Origin: Candidatus Nanoarchaeia archaeon
GTDB lineage: Archaea; Nanobdellota; Nanobdellia; Woesearchaeales; JANQNC01
Direction: 5' to 3'
Length of the DNA: 64,000 nucleotides
Assembly: GCA_028279745.1 (NCBI GenBank)
Contig: JANQNC010000001.1
Span: forward strand, 914,154-978,153
A model generated the notes under the pieces. That model ran no database searches and was not told the origin of the DNA. It saw only the letters and a list, made by a program, of their open reading frames with translations. The translations under genes were made by a program, and so were the position numbers. Below are positions 19,437-28,749 of the stretch, piece by piece; positions within the stretch are counted from its first letter, which is position 1, and every line of letters starts with the position of its first letter.

Positions 19437-19494
19437 TTTTTCTTTTCTCTTTTTACTACAAAGCTTTATAAACAAAATATACTAATCTAAAGAC

Positions 19495-20841
19495 ATGATA
19501 CAAATAGCACCTGTGGGGGGATATTCTGAATTTGGCAGAAACATGACTGCCATCAATGTTGATGGTGAGGTAGTCATACTAGATTGCGGAATACATCTTG
19601 ATAAGTACATACAGTACGTTGGGGATGAAGATAAGAAATTGCTTTCTTCTACGGAGTTGCAGAAGATAGGTGCAATACCTGATGATTCAGTAATCCAAGA
19701 CTGGAGAAAAAAAGTAAAAGCGATAGCTGTGACGCATGCACACTTAGATCATGTAGCTGCACTACCTTTCTTAGCAAATAAGTATGATGCGCCAATATTG
19801 ATGACACCCTACACTAACGAAGTGCTTCAAGCAATCTTAACAGATAACAAAAGAAAGATAAAAAACAAAATAGAAGTGATGGGGCAGAATTCAGTATACC
19901 AAGTTACAGACAACATCAAAATAGAATTCATAGCGACAACACACTCAACAGCACAAGTAGTTATGATAGCAGTGCACACAAAATATGGTGTTTTGATTTA
20001 TACAAACGATTTCAAGTTCGACAACCACCCTTGTTTAGGGTTAAAGCCCAACTACAAGAGACTAAGAGAGTTAGGAAAAAAAGGAGTCTTGGCTTTAATG
20101 GTGGATAGCACAAGAGCAGACCAAGTAACAAAAACCCCGTCAGAGTCAGTAGCAAGAGAGATGTTAAAAGATGTTATGTCAGTAATCAAATATGCAGATA
20201 AGGGAATCGTGCTTTCAACTTTTTCTTCACACATAGCACGTCTCAAATCAATCGTAGAGTTAGCAAGACAAGTCAAAAGAAGGAAAGTTGTAATAATGGG
20301 AAGAAGTCTCCATAAATACATAACTGCAGCAGAGAATATTGATCTAGTCAATTTTTCTGAAGAGGTAGAGCTAATAAAATACTCAGCACAAGCAAAAAGC
20401 AGACTGAGACAGATAGAGAATAATCGAGAAGACTATATTGTGATAATGACTGGGCATCAAGGAGAGAAAAATGCAATGTTAACAAGGATAGCAAGAGGAG
20501 AGATGCCATTTAAATTTGAAAAAGGAGATTTTGTGATATTCTCGTGCACAGTAATACCGACAGAGCAAAACATACAAGACAGAAAGGAATTGGAGATGGA
20601 CCTTAAGGAGTATGGTGTAAGGATAATAAAGGATGTTCATGTATCTGGCCATGCAGCAAGAGAAGACATAAGAGAGTTGATAAGTATGACAAAACCAAAA
20701 AACATAATCCCTTCACATGGACATAAACAGAAAGTGAAAGCTGTTGTAGACATTGCAGAAAAGATGGGCTATAAGTCTGGGAAGGATATTCTCATCTTGA
20801 AGAATGGTGACAGAAAAGTTTTGAACCGAGATGCTTCTTAA
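19495..20841 (+). CDS. Beta-CASP metallo-beta-lactamase ribonuclease (archaeal RNase J-like)
   Basis: VTHAHLDH motif, ~450 aa, beta-CASP layout. Confidence 0.8.
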   Translation: MIQIAPVGGYSEFGRNMTAINVDGEVVILDCGIHLDKYIQYVGDEDKKLLSSTELQKIGAIPDDSVIQDWRKKVKAIAVTHAHLDHVAALPFLANKYDAPILMTPYTNEVLQAILTDNKRKIKNKIEVMGQNSVYQVTDNIKIEFIATTHSTAQVVMIAVHTKYGVLIYTNDFKFDNHPCLGLKPNYKRLRELGKKGVLALMVDSTRADQVTKTPSESVAREMLKDVMSVIKYADKGIVLSTFSSHIARLKSIVELARQVKRRKVVIMGRSLHKYITAAENIDLVNFSEEVELIKYSAQAKSRLRQIENNREDYIVIMTGHQGEKNAMLTRIARGEMPFKFEKGDFVIFSCTVIPTEQNIQDRKELEMDLKEYGVRIIKDVHVSGHAAREDIRELISMTKPKNIIPSHGHKQKVKAVVDIAEKMGYKSGKDILILKNGDRKVLNRDAS

Positions 20842-20905
20842 AGGATACAATAAACTTTATAAATAACCTTAGTTTTGTAATCTTTCAACAGAGGGGGTGT
20901 ATTAC

Positions 20906-21652
20906 ATGAAATTAACATTATCAGATCCGAAATATCTAAGAGAAACAATATCAATCATATCAGAACTAGTTAACGAAACAAATCTAAAAGTAACACCAGA
21001 CGGGATAGAGCTGGTGGCAATGGATCCAGCAAACGTTGCGATGGCAATCCTAAAAATACTATCAAGCTCATTTGTAGATTACAATGTAGATAAAGAAGTC
21101 AATCTAGCAATAAACTTAACAAGTTTGAAACAGATATTAAGAAGATCAAAACCAAACGATCTTTTAACATTAGAGATGGATAAAGACAACAAGTTGAAAA
21201 TAACTTTGAAAGGAAACAATACAAGAACATTCTCACTACCAATAATTGACATCGATGAGAAAGAACAAAAAGTACCTTCGCTAGAATTCCCGCTTACAGT
21301 TGAGTCTAGTTCAACATTAATAGACGAGGCTGTTGAGGATTCAGATCTTGTAAGTGAGTCAGTAACACTGATTGCAGAACCAAAAAAGTTTACAATAGAA
21401 GCTTCTGGTGATTCAAGTGATGCAAAAATAGAGATGCCTCAAAGTGATGATCTGAAAATAAAAGCAACAGACAGTTCTAAGGTATCTGCTAAGTATTCAA
21501 TAGAATACATGAAGAAAATAATTAAAGGAAGCAAGCTAGCAGATACTGTTGAGATACAGTTCAACAAAGACTATCCATTAAAGATAACATACAAAGAAGT
21601 GGACAAGTTTATGTTGTCATTTATCTTGGCACCAAGAGTTGAGACAGATTAG
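20906..21652 (+). CDS. pcn: DNA polymerase sliding clamp PCNA
   Basis: ~248 aa, archaeal PCNA-like N-terminus and C-terminal LAPRVE; ATG 20906 preceded by GAGGGGG. Confidence 0.85.
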   Translation: MKLTLSDPKYLRETISIISELVNETNLKVTPDGIELVAMDPANVAMAILKILSSSFVDYNVDKEVNLAINLTSLKQILRRSKPNDLLTLEMDKDNKLKITLKGNNTRTFSLPIIDIDEKEQKVPSLEFPLTVESSSTLIDEAVEDSDLVSESVTLIAEPKKFTIEASGDSSDAKIEMPQSDDLKIKATDSSKVSAKYSIEYMKKIIKGSKLADTVEIQFNKDYPLKITYKEVDKFMLSFILAPRVETD

Positions 21653-22794
21653 TAAGGGTTTTTCCAAGAAAAACCATTCTTATTCATTTGTAAGAAAGTC
21701 AAATCATGAGAAGCAATAGTCTTAACTTTAGTTTCAGCTTTGACGTATTTAGCAACCAGGTCTTTGAAATTAGTTACTTTTTCTCTCTTGTAAATTTTGT
21801 CGATGTCCTTATTATGCATGCCCATGTGATACCACCAATGGTTTAGGATTACTAACTTTGGAGCTTTCTTGATGCTCTTAAGATAGTTAATAACATCGAT
21901 AGCTCCCTGAGCACCCATCTTACGATAAGGATTTTTCTTAGAAGCCAAAGCACCACCGATATTAATGATTAAAACATCAACACCTGCATATTCTTTGATT
22001 AATTTTTTATTTAGCTTCGGCTTTTCAGTTATTGTGTTTATCTTTTTTGCATAACCTGCCCTGTCTTCGTCCTTTAGCAAATAAGGTGTGGAGTCTGCAA
22101 AATAGCCTATAGACTTACCTTTAGAAGAAAAGATAAAACCTAAAGAGTTACAAAGATGTTTATCACCAATAGATGTTTCAACATCAGTTGCATGAACTGC
22201 TTTAATCTTAACATTATTTATTTTGGTCGATCTTCCTGGAGTCAAAGTGATGCCTTTCTTAGACTTAAGCATCTTCTCATGGAAATAGTCAAGATGTTTA
22301 GGGATAATAGAGACAACTCGATCATTTCTCAAAATCCTAAAACCTTCAATAACAGTATGGTTACTGATAAGGTCTAAAGAATTCTTTCTTCTTGATGTAC
22401 ATATTTCAAAATCACCCATACTAAACATATGATCGGAGTGAACATGAGATACAACAATTGCATTAACCCATCTAGGATCAACAGCAGAATCTCTGATCTG
22501 CTCAGTAAAATGGGGTCCAGGATCAACAAGAAGTCTGGTGTTGTTTAAAGAAATGATAAATCCAGCGACTGCACTAACGTACTTATGATTCTTATGAGTG
22601 AATTTCTTCAGATGATCAATAGTGTGAAATATAAACGAAGGAGTTGAGCCGGCAGAACCAAGAAAGTACACCCCTTCTTTATTTGAAATTTTATCTTTAA
22701 CTGGTTGAGTAAGTAGAGGAGAGATAATGTTTGAATCATACTCTCTCATATCATCTCCAAGTTTCATCACGTCTTTTTCAAGTTGAGATTTCAT
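21649..22794 (-). CDS. MBL-fold metallo-hydrolase
   Basis: HVHSDH motif in metallo-beta-lactamase context; function unknown. Confidence 0.6.
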   Translation of the reverse strand: MKSQLEKDVMKLGDDMREYDSNIISPLLTQPVKDKISNKEGVYFLGSAGSTPSFIFHTIDHLKKFTHKNHKYVSAVAGFIISLNNTRLLVDPGPHFTEQIRDSAVDPRWVNAIVVSHVHSDHMFSMGDFEICTSRRKNSLDLISNHTVIEGFRILRNDRVVSIIPKHLDYFHEKMLKSKKGITLTPGRSTKINNVKIKAVHATDVETSIGDKHLCNSLGFIFSSKGKSIGYFADSTPYLLKDEDRAGYAKKINTITEKPKLNKKLIKEYAGVDVLIINIGGALASKKNPYRKMGAQGAIDVINYLKSIKKAPKLVILNHWWYHMGMHNKDIDKIYKREKVTNFKDLVAKYVKAETKVKTIASHDLTFLQMNKNGFSWKNPY

Positions 22795-22906
22795 TAATTA
22801 AGATTTGAGTTTTGTCATTTATAAAAGTTATTGTTAAAAGTTAGGGTGGTGGTTAATTTATAAACCACACAAAAAGAATATAAACCAATTGTATCTTTTG
22901 CGTGAG

Positions 22907-23650
22907 ATGAAAGAAAAACTAGCAATTCTAGATGCAGGAGCACAATATGGAAAAGTAATTGACAGACGAGTAAGAGAGATGAACGTCGAGTCAGAAATAC
23001 TTCCAATGAACACACCTGCAGAAAAACTAAAAGATTACAAATCAATAATAATCTCGGGTGGACCACAAAGCGCATACGGCAAAGATGCACCAGAATACGA
23101 TCCAGCAATATTCTCTTTAGGAAAACCAATACTGGGAATATGTTACGGAATGCAGTTAATGAATTACGTGATGGGGGGAGTAGTGGCAGAAGAAGGTCAC
23201 AGAGAGTATGGGCAGTGCGATATGACAATCACAAACGGATCCAAACTGTTTAAAGATCTGGATCAAAAGCAAGTAGTGTTGATGAGCCACGGAGATAGTG
23301 TGAGAGGGTTAGCAGACGGATTTAAGACAACTGCAAGCTCAAGTGGGGTAGTGGCTGCTATAGAGAACACTGAGAGAAAACTTTTTGGAGTGCAGTTCCA
23401 TCCAGAAGTGGATGATACAGAGAATGGAAAAACAATATTGCACAATTTCTTGTATGCAGTATCTGACTTTTCAGGTTCTTATACTATGGAGAACAGAGAA
23501 GAGAAAGCGATAGAATACTTTAGAGAAACAATAGGTGACGGAAAAGCTTTGGACAAGATGGTTAACAGAATAATGGACGAAGTACCAAAAGTTTCAAGAG
23601 TTGCTTATGACTTAACTTCAAAGCCACCAGGTACAACCGAGTGGGAATAA
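22907..23650 (+). CDS. guaA: GMP synthase glutamine amidotransferase subunit (with ~60-aa C-terminal remnant of the ATP-pyrophosphatase linker)
   Basis: class I GATase catalytic GICYGMQL and the HPE motif in FGVQFHPEV; C-terminal YTMENREEKAIEYFRETIGDGKA resembles the start of the GuaA ATP-PPase domain but no SGGVDSS PP-loop follows. Confidence 0.8.
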   Translation: MKEKLAILDAGAQYGKVIDRRVREMNVESEILPMNTPAEKLKDYKSIIISGGPQSAYGKDAPEYDPAIFSLGKPILGICYGMQLMNYVMGGVVAEEGHREYGQCDMTITNGSKLFKDLDQKQVVLMSHGDSVRGLADGFKTTASSSGVVAAIENTERKLFGVQFHPEVDDTENGKTILHNFLYAVSDFSGSYTMENREEKAIEYFRETIGDGKALDKMVNRIMDEVPKVSRVAYDLTSKPPGTTEWE

Positions 23651-23749
23651 ATACTTTATTTTTTTAATTTTGTTACCAACTCATGATAATTTAGCATAGG
23701 TAACATTTATAATAAAGTAGTTTATATTCTTACCATCTTAAAGTAAAAG

Positions 23750-26700
23750 GTGGTTATAATAGCGAATGGGGAGACAGGTGTTGTAAAAGGGTTGGAATTC
23801 TTCTTACCAAAATCCATAGATGACAAAAAAGTATCCGTCGTGGAAGTAGGTCCATTTGACGAAAACGCACAGGCAAAAGAGATAAACAAATTCTTAGGGA
23901 CAAGCATTGAATCATTATACAGAATTAATTCGTATATTATGGTTCATCCGCCAGAAATAACCAACATTGAAGACTTGCTTAGGGGAAAACCATTTGTAGA
24001 TCCAATAATGCATCAAGCGACACTAAATGAACCTCTGATTAGGAAGTTGGGTATTCCTTATGACTTTGTATTCCAAGATATGTTGAATCCAGGAACATCA
24101 GATGCAGAAGGCGACACAAAACTAAGACAGACATTACTTGCGTTAGGAAAGAAATTCGAAGAAGGTGATGTGGGATTCAGAGGAAGACAGTACTTCATGA
24201 AAGGAAAACTAGGGATAGATGAATCAGAAAACATATCCGCATTCTTAGCAAACCCTGATCTAAACCAAAGATTGGTAGTTCATAGAAATGAATACGAAAG
24301 AGGACAAAAAGTACAAGTTCCAGTTGTTACATTGCCACCAAAGATAGAGATACAAAAATATGATGTTCTTCGTATGAGTGATGATGAACTTCTTGAGTTG
24401 AGCAAGACAAGAAAATTGGCAGCAAGCTTAGAAGAGATGCAGCAATTCAGAGACATGTACAAAGACAAAGCATTTATCGAGAAAAGAAAAGAGAAAGGAC
24501 TGGATGAAAGAGCGACAGACGTAGAACTAGAAACATGGTTTGGTCTGAGAAGCGAGCATTGTTTCCATAAAGAGTTTAATGCACACATAACACTCGAAGA
24601 CAAAGTTAACGATCCAATATTCAAAAGAGCAGTAGAGAAAGGTTATCTGAAGAAAAATGATAAAGGAGAACTGATTTTAGATAAAGGGATCTTCAAAACA
24701 TTCATACAAGAACCAGCACAAAAAATATATGACAAACTAGAAAAAAGAGGAAAGAACTGGATTGTGGCTCCAATGTTCACAGACAATGCAGGCACAGTAC
24801 TTTATGATGAAAACTACATGTTCTGTATCAAATTCGAAACACATAACTCGCCATCAAATAAAGAACCTGTTCAAGGAGCAAAAACAGGAATAGATGGGGT
24901 TAACCGAGACATATTTGGAAACATGCGAGGAACATTCGATGCAATCGCAAACTTTTTCTTATACGGAACAGGGAATATTGATTATGAAGGATGGTTGCCA
25001 AAAGGAGTAAAGCATCCATACGTGATACTAAAAGGAGCAACACAGGGAGTAAGAGAGGGAGGAAACGAATCTCAAATAGCAACACTCGGTGGAAGCTCAG
25101 TATTCGATCCAAGAAACTCAGCAAAATGCAAAGTACACGCAGGAACTGTGGGATGGAGCCCAGTAAAATCACCAGACGGAATAAGCTACATAGGAAAAGT
25201 ACCAAACCTAGGAGATCTAGTGTTTGTAGTAGGACAACCTGTGGGTGTGGATGGAGTTCATGGAGCAACAGAAAGTTCACTTATTGCAGACGCAAATATA
25301 AGTTTGGGACACGTACAAGCAGATTACTCGTTTATACAAGCAAAAGCAAAAGGATACATTCTAGAAGTAGCAAGAGACAACTTATTATCATCAATAACTG
25401 ATTTCGGAGCGATGGGATTGGGATCTGCGTCACACGAGATGGCAGAAGCTACCGGCGGATTATTTATGGATTTAGCATTGCATCCTGTGAAGTACAAAGG
25501 AATACAACCCTGGCAAATCAATTGCTCAGAAACACAAGATAGAATGTTACTAGTGGCTAAGCCAGAAAATAAAGAAGAACTGTTTAACAGAGCAAAACTT
25601 CATGATGTTGACATAACCCAAATGGGAGATTTAACAGATTCAGGATATGTTCATTTAACACACGGAGAAGAAAGTGCAGCCTTCATAGACATAAAGAAAC
25701 TGTTCAACAAGGAACCAAGAAAAAAAATGCACGCAACCTGGTATGGTAATGGGGAAAAGGAAGCAGAAGAAATTAAAGGAGAATACTCACTAGAAGAAGC
25801 ACTATGTGATGTTATTGCAAGACCAGATATTGCATCAAAAGAATGGTTCTTCAGACAAAAAGACTCATCAGTAAAAGGTGCAACAATACAAGGGCCGCTA
25901 ATAGGAAAGAAACAAGAAGTAGAAGCAGACGCAACCATACAAAAACCATTAGATACAGAAGGGAAAGACTTTGGAGCAATAGCATATTCATTTGGAGTGA
26001 ATGAAAAACAATCAGACTTAGATGCATACTATTCAGCACAAAACTCATTCTTAGAGATGGTGGGAAAAGTGGTGGCGATTGGTGGAAAGTTGCCAGACAT
26101 GGATAAAGCAAAATGGGATGCGTGGGCAGTATGTGGTAATTATTGCCAGCCAAACTCAGAATCAAAGACAACACTAACAAAAGAAAGTGGAGAGCATAAC
26201 TTGGCTTCACTAGTAAGGGAAGCGATGGGAGTAAGAGAAGCAGAAGAAGCACTTAACATCCCAGTAATTTCTGGAAAAGACAGTATGAAATGCTCATGCA
26301 GATATGAAGTTGATGAGTCATTCAAACTAGAAGATGTACCTTTGGATTTAAGAAGACACATAACACTAGTTGAAAAAGATGGAAAAAGAGAGATTGAGAT
26401 ACATGATCCAGATAGTTATCTAGCAACATGCGCAGTAAAAATAGAAGATTACAGGAAATGTGTGAGTTCAAGCTTCAAACAAGAAGGCGATCTGATCTAT
26501 GTTTTAGGCATCACTGAAAAACAACTAGGAGCATCACAATATCATGAAGCGATGGGTTACAAAGAACAAGGAGCACCAATACAGGGTGGAGAAGTTCCAA
26601 AAGCAGACCTTGAAGAATTTATACAAGCAGGTAAAGCAGTTCATGCTGCAATAGACAACGAATTAGTTGCATCATGTAGTTACCTGCACAAAGGTGGGTT

Positions 26701-27031
26701 AGCAGTTTCAGCTGTAAAAGCAGCAATGGCAGGAGATTTAGGAATAGACATAAATGTAAACAGCGTGTGGAGTCCAGAAGATCTAGCAGATGAAGAATTA
26801 TTATTTTCAGAAACACAAGGAAGATACATGGTTACTGTAGCTAAAGAAGATCAAGATGCATTCGAAAGAACATTAAATGACGTAATTTACAGTAAAGTTG
26901 GAACTGTAACTTCAAATGGCATGACTGTACTGAAAGGGGATGGAAAGAAAGAATCAATTGACATTTCAAAAGTAAAAGAAAGCTATCAAAAAACACTAAG
27001 CTTTGGTTTAAATGATCTGGTGAAAAAATAA
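23750..27031 (+). CDS. purL: Phosphoribosylformylglycinamidine synthase PurL with long N-terminal extension (large-PurL-like N-domain), no C-terminal glutaminase domain
   Basis: 1093 aa; FGAM synthase AIR-synthase-like duplicated core (…HNSPSN…, GVDGVHGATESS, ISGKDSM); GTG start 23750 uncertain. Confidence 0.85.
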   Translation: MVIIANGETGVVKGLEFFLPKSIDDKKVSVVEVGPFDENAQAKEINKFLGTSIESLYRINSYIMVHPPEITNIEDLLRGKPFVDPIMHQATLNEPLIRKLGIPYDFVFQDMLNPGTSDAEGDTKLRQTLLALGKKFEEGDVGFRGRQYFMKGKLGIDESENISAFLANPDLNQRLVVHRNEYERGQKVQVPVVTLPPKIEIQKYDVLRMSDDELLELSKTRKLAASLEEMQQFRDMYKDKAFIEKRKEKGLDERATDVELETWFGLRSEHCFHKEFNAHITLEDKVNDPIFKRAVEKGYLKKNDKGELILDKGIFKTFIQEPAQKIYDKLEKRGKNWIVAPMFTDNAGTVLYDENYMFCIKFETHNSPSNKEPVQGAKTGIDGVNRDIFGNMRGTFDAIANFFLYGTGNIDYEGWLPKGVKHPYVILKGATQGVREGGNESQIATLGGSSVFDPRNSAKCKVHAGTVGWSPVKSPDGISYIGKVPNLGDLVFVVGQPVGVDGVHGATESSLIADANISLGHVQADYSFIQAKAKGYILEVARDNLLSSITDFGAMGLGSASHEMAEATGGLFMDLALHPVKYKGIQPWQINCSETQDRMLLVAKPENKEELFNRAKLHDVDITQMGDLTDSGYVHLTHGEESAAFIDIKKLFNKEPRKKMHATWYGNGEKEAEEIKGEYSLEEALCDVIARPDIASKEWFFRQKDSSVKGATIQGPLIGKKQEVEADATIQKPLDTEGKDFGAIAYSFGVNEKQSDLDAYYSAQNSFLEMVGKVVAIGGKLPDMDKAKWDAWAVCGNYCQPNSESKTTLTKESGEHNLASLVREAMGVREAEEALNIPVISGKDSMKCSCRYEVDESFKLEDVPLDLRRHITLVEKDGKREIEIHDPDSYLATCAVKIEDYRKCVSSSFKQEGDLIYVLGITEKQLGASQYHEAMGYKEQGAPIQGGEVPKADLEEFIQAGKAVHAAIDNELVASCSYLHKGGLAVSAVKAAMAGDLGIDINVNSVWSPEDLADEELLFSETQGRYMVTVAKEDQDAFERTLNDVIYSKVGTVTSNGMTVLKGDGKKESIDISKVKESYQKTLSFGLNDLVKK

Positions 27032-27879
27032 TGGTTAAAGCATACGTAATAAACGGACTTGGGATAGGGTGTGATGAAGAAGTGGCTCATGCATATGAAA
27101 AAGCAGGAGCAAAAGTAGAGATGGTACACTTTAGACAACTGTTATCTATGAGCAAAGACAAACTTTTCGAAGCACAAATCATAAACCTTGCAGGAGGATT
27201 CTTACACGGAGACTTTGGCGGAGCAGGAATGTATGCTGCGAATGAGTTGGAGCATTCAGGCATAAAGGATTTATTGATAGAGTTTGCAGATGAAGGAAAT
27301 GTAATATATGGTCAGTGCAACGGATTTCAATTTCTTGTAAAAACAGGGTTGCTTCCAGGGATTAACAGTGATTATTCTAAGCAAATACTTACATTAACAC
27401 ACAATGACTGTGGAAATTATAGGGTTGCACCTGTAATGCATAAAGCAGATCAAGCTCATTTTGCGTTTAAAGGAATTGATATGATCCAATTGTGGTGTAG
27501 ACATGCGGAAGGAAAAGGACAATTCAATTCAAAGTATGGGTCAGTATCTGAAGAAGAAGGAGAAAAAAACAGACAAGAAGTAAATAAAAACCATGTTATA
27601 TTGCGTTATGTCGATAATAATGGAGAGCCAACAGAAAAATTTCCTTTCTCTCCTAATGGGTCCATTGACGGAATTGCAGGTTTGGCAAATTTTAATGGTC
27701 ACATATTTGGAAACATGGCACACCCAGAAGTATCCATATATTCATCAAGAGATCCAGATTGGTTCGTTCAGAAAGACAGATTAAGAAGACAAGGAATAAA
27801 AGCGAAAGATCTGGAAGGAGAGATTATGGAAGGACAAGGACTGAAGATCTTTAGAAATATAGTCAATTATGTTAAATAA
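27031..27879 (+). CDS. purQ: FGAM synthase glutamine amidotransferase subunit PurQ-like
   Basis: GQCNGFQFL nucleophile motif and NMAHPE motif resembling glutaminase domain of large PurL; start overlaps purL stop. Confidence 0.75.
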   Translation: MVKAYVINGLGIGCDEEVAHAYEKAGAKVEMVHFRQLLSMSKDKLFEAQIINLAGGFLHGDFGGAGMYAANELEHSGIKDLLIEFADEGNVIYGQCNGFQFLVKTGLLPGINSDYSKQILTLTHNDCGNYRVAPVMHKADQAHFAFKGIDMIQLWCRHAEGKGQFNSKYGSVSEEEGEKNRQEVNKNHVILRYVDNNGEPTEKFPFSPNGSIDGIAGLANFNGHIFGNMAHPEVSIYSSRDPDWFVQKDRLRRQGIKAKDLEGEIMEGQGLKIFRNIVNYVK

Positions 27880-27932
27880 ACAACCGAGGCAGCAGAAATT
27901 AAAAATTTCTGGGCCTCGAAAGCCGAGGTGGA
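27880..27932 (+). promoter_or_regulatory. Two adjacent hairpins between purQ and purH (candidate terminator/attenuator)
   Basis: cagaaatt-aaa-aatttctg followed by cctcg-aaagc-cgagg directly upstream of the purH ATG (27936). Confidence 0.35.
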
Positions 27933-27935
27933 AAA

Positions 27936-28748
27936 ATGTCAATAAGACAAGTAGAAGGATTGCAAAGAAACAAAATACCAGTACAGAACGTTCTAATAAG
28001 TGTTTTTTACAAAGACGGACTAGAAGATATGGTAAAGGGATTGATAGATGTAAACCCTGATGTATTATTTATGTCAACAGGCGGAACATACAATGGAATG
28101 AAGGAAATGCTGGGGAGTGATGCAGATAAACATCTGATAGCTGTAGATGAATACACAGAATTCCCTGAAATGGATGGAGGTTTGGTGAAAACTTTACACC
28201 CAAAGATACATGCAGGATTATTGGGAGAGAGAAACAACCCAAAACACCAAGAATACATAAAAAACTTATCAAAAACAATCAAGTTCTTAGATGATGGTGT
28301 CGAAAGAGTGTTTGATGCGGAATTAGGAAAACAATACAGAGTTGAAGTAGTAGAAGGAGTAACAGGAGTCTATATCGATTTGATGATAGGAAATCTTTAC
28401 CCATTCGAACAAGTAATTAAAAAAATAGAATCTGGAGAGATAAATCCAAAAACGAAAGAACCTTACAACTACGAGGATGCAAGAGGATTTAAAGATATAG
28501 GTGGACCGGGCATGACAAGAGCGGCGGCAAAGAACTTCCTGAGCTGTGCAGTAATATGCGACCCAGCAGACTATAACATAGCAGACACTTTAGTTGATGG
28601 ATGCACAACATTCGAACAAAGGTTCGCACTTCAGCAGAAAGTATGGGAGATGTCCTGGAAATATGACAAGAAAATAAGTGATTTCGAAAATCAACAGGAC
28701 GTTGCAAAAGTCAAAGCACTTTATGAATTCGAGAAGGAGGGTGAATGA
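27936..28748 (+). CDS. purH: PurH N-terminal half: IMP cyclohydrolase (MGS-like domain) plus linker
   Basis: MGS-like domain motifs LFMSTGGT, LVKTLHPKIHAGLL, NLYPF, DIGGPGMTRAAAKNF; C-terminal FEQRFALQQKVWE matches PurH inter-domain linker. Confidence 0.8.
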   Translation: MSIRQVEGLQRNKIPVQNVLISVFYKDGLEDMVKGLIDVNPDVLFMSTGGTYNGMKEMLGSDADKHLIAVDEYTEFPEMDGGLVKTLHPKIHAGLLGERNNPKHQEYIKNLSKTIKFLDDGVERVFDAELGKQYRVEVVEGVTGVYIDLMIGNLYPFEQVIKKIESGEINPKTKEPYNYEDARGFKDIGGPGMTRAAAKNFLSCAVICDPADYNIADTLVDGCTTFEQRFALQQKVWEMSWKYDKKISDFENQQDVAKVKALYEFEKEGE

Positions 28749-28749
28749 A

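Noticed and set aside
24280-26816. Multiple minus-strand ORFs (24280-24624, 24900-25280, 25851-26252, 26140-26361, 26619-26816) and the plus-strand 24991-25401 ORF inside purL
   Set aside because: Leu/Ser- or Arg/Lys-rich low-complexity translations that are antisense or out-of-frame to a highly conserved PurL reading frame. Typical spurious ORFs in AT-rich DNA.
27869-28060. ORF 27869-28060 (Arg/Lys-rich) overlapping the purH start
   Set aside because: Out-of-frame overlap with the well-supported IMPCH gene. Composition looks like frame-shifted Lys/Arg codons.
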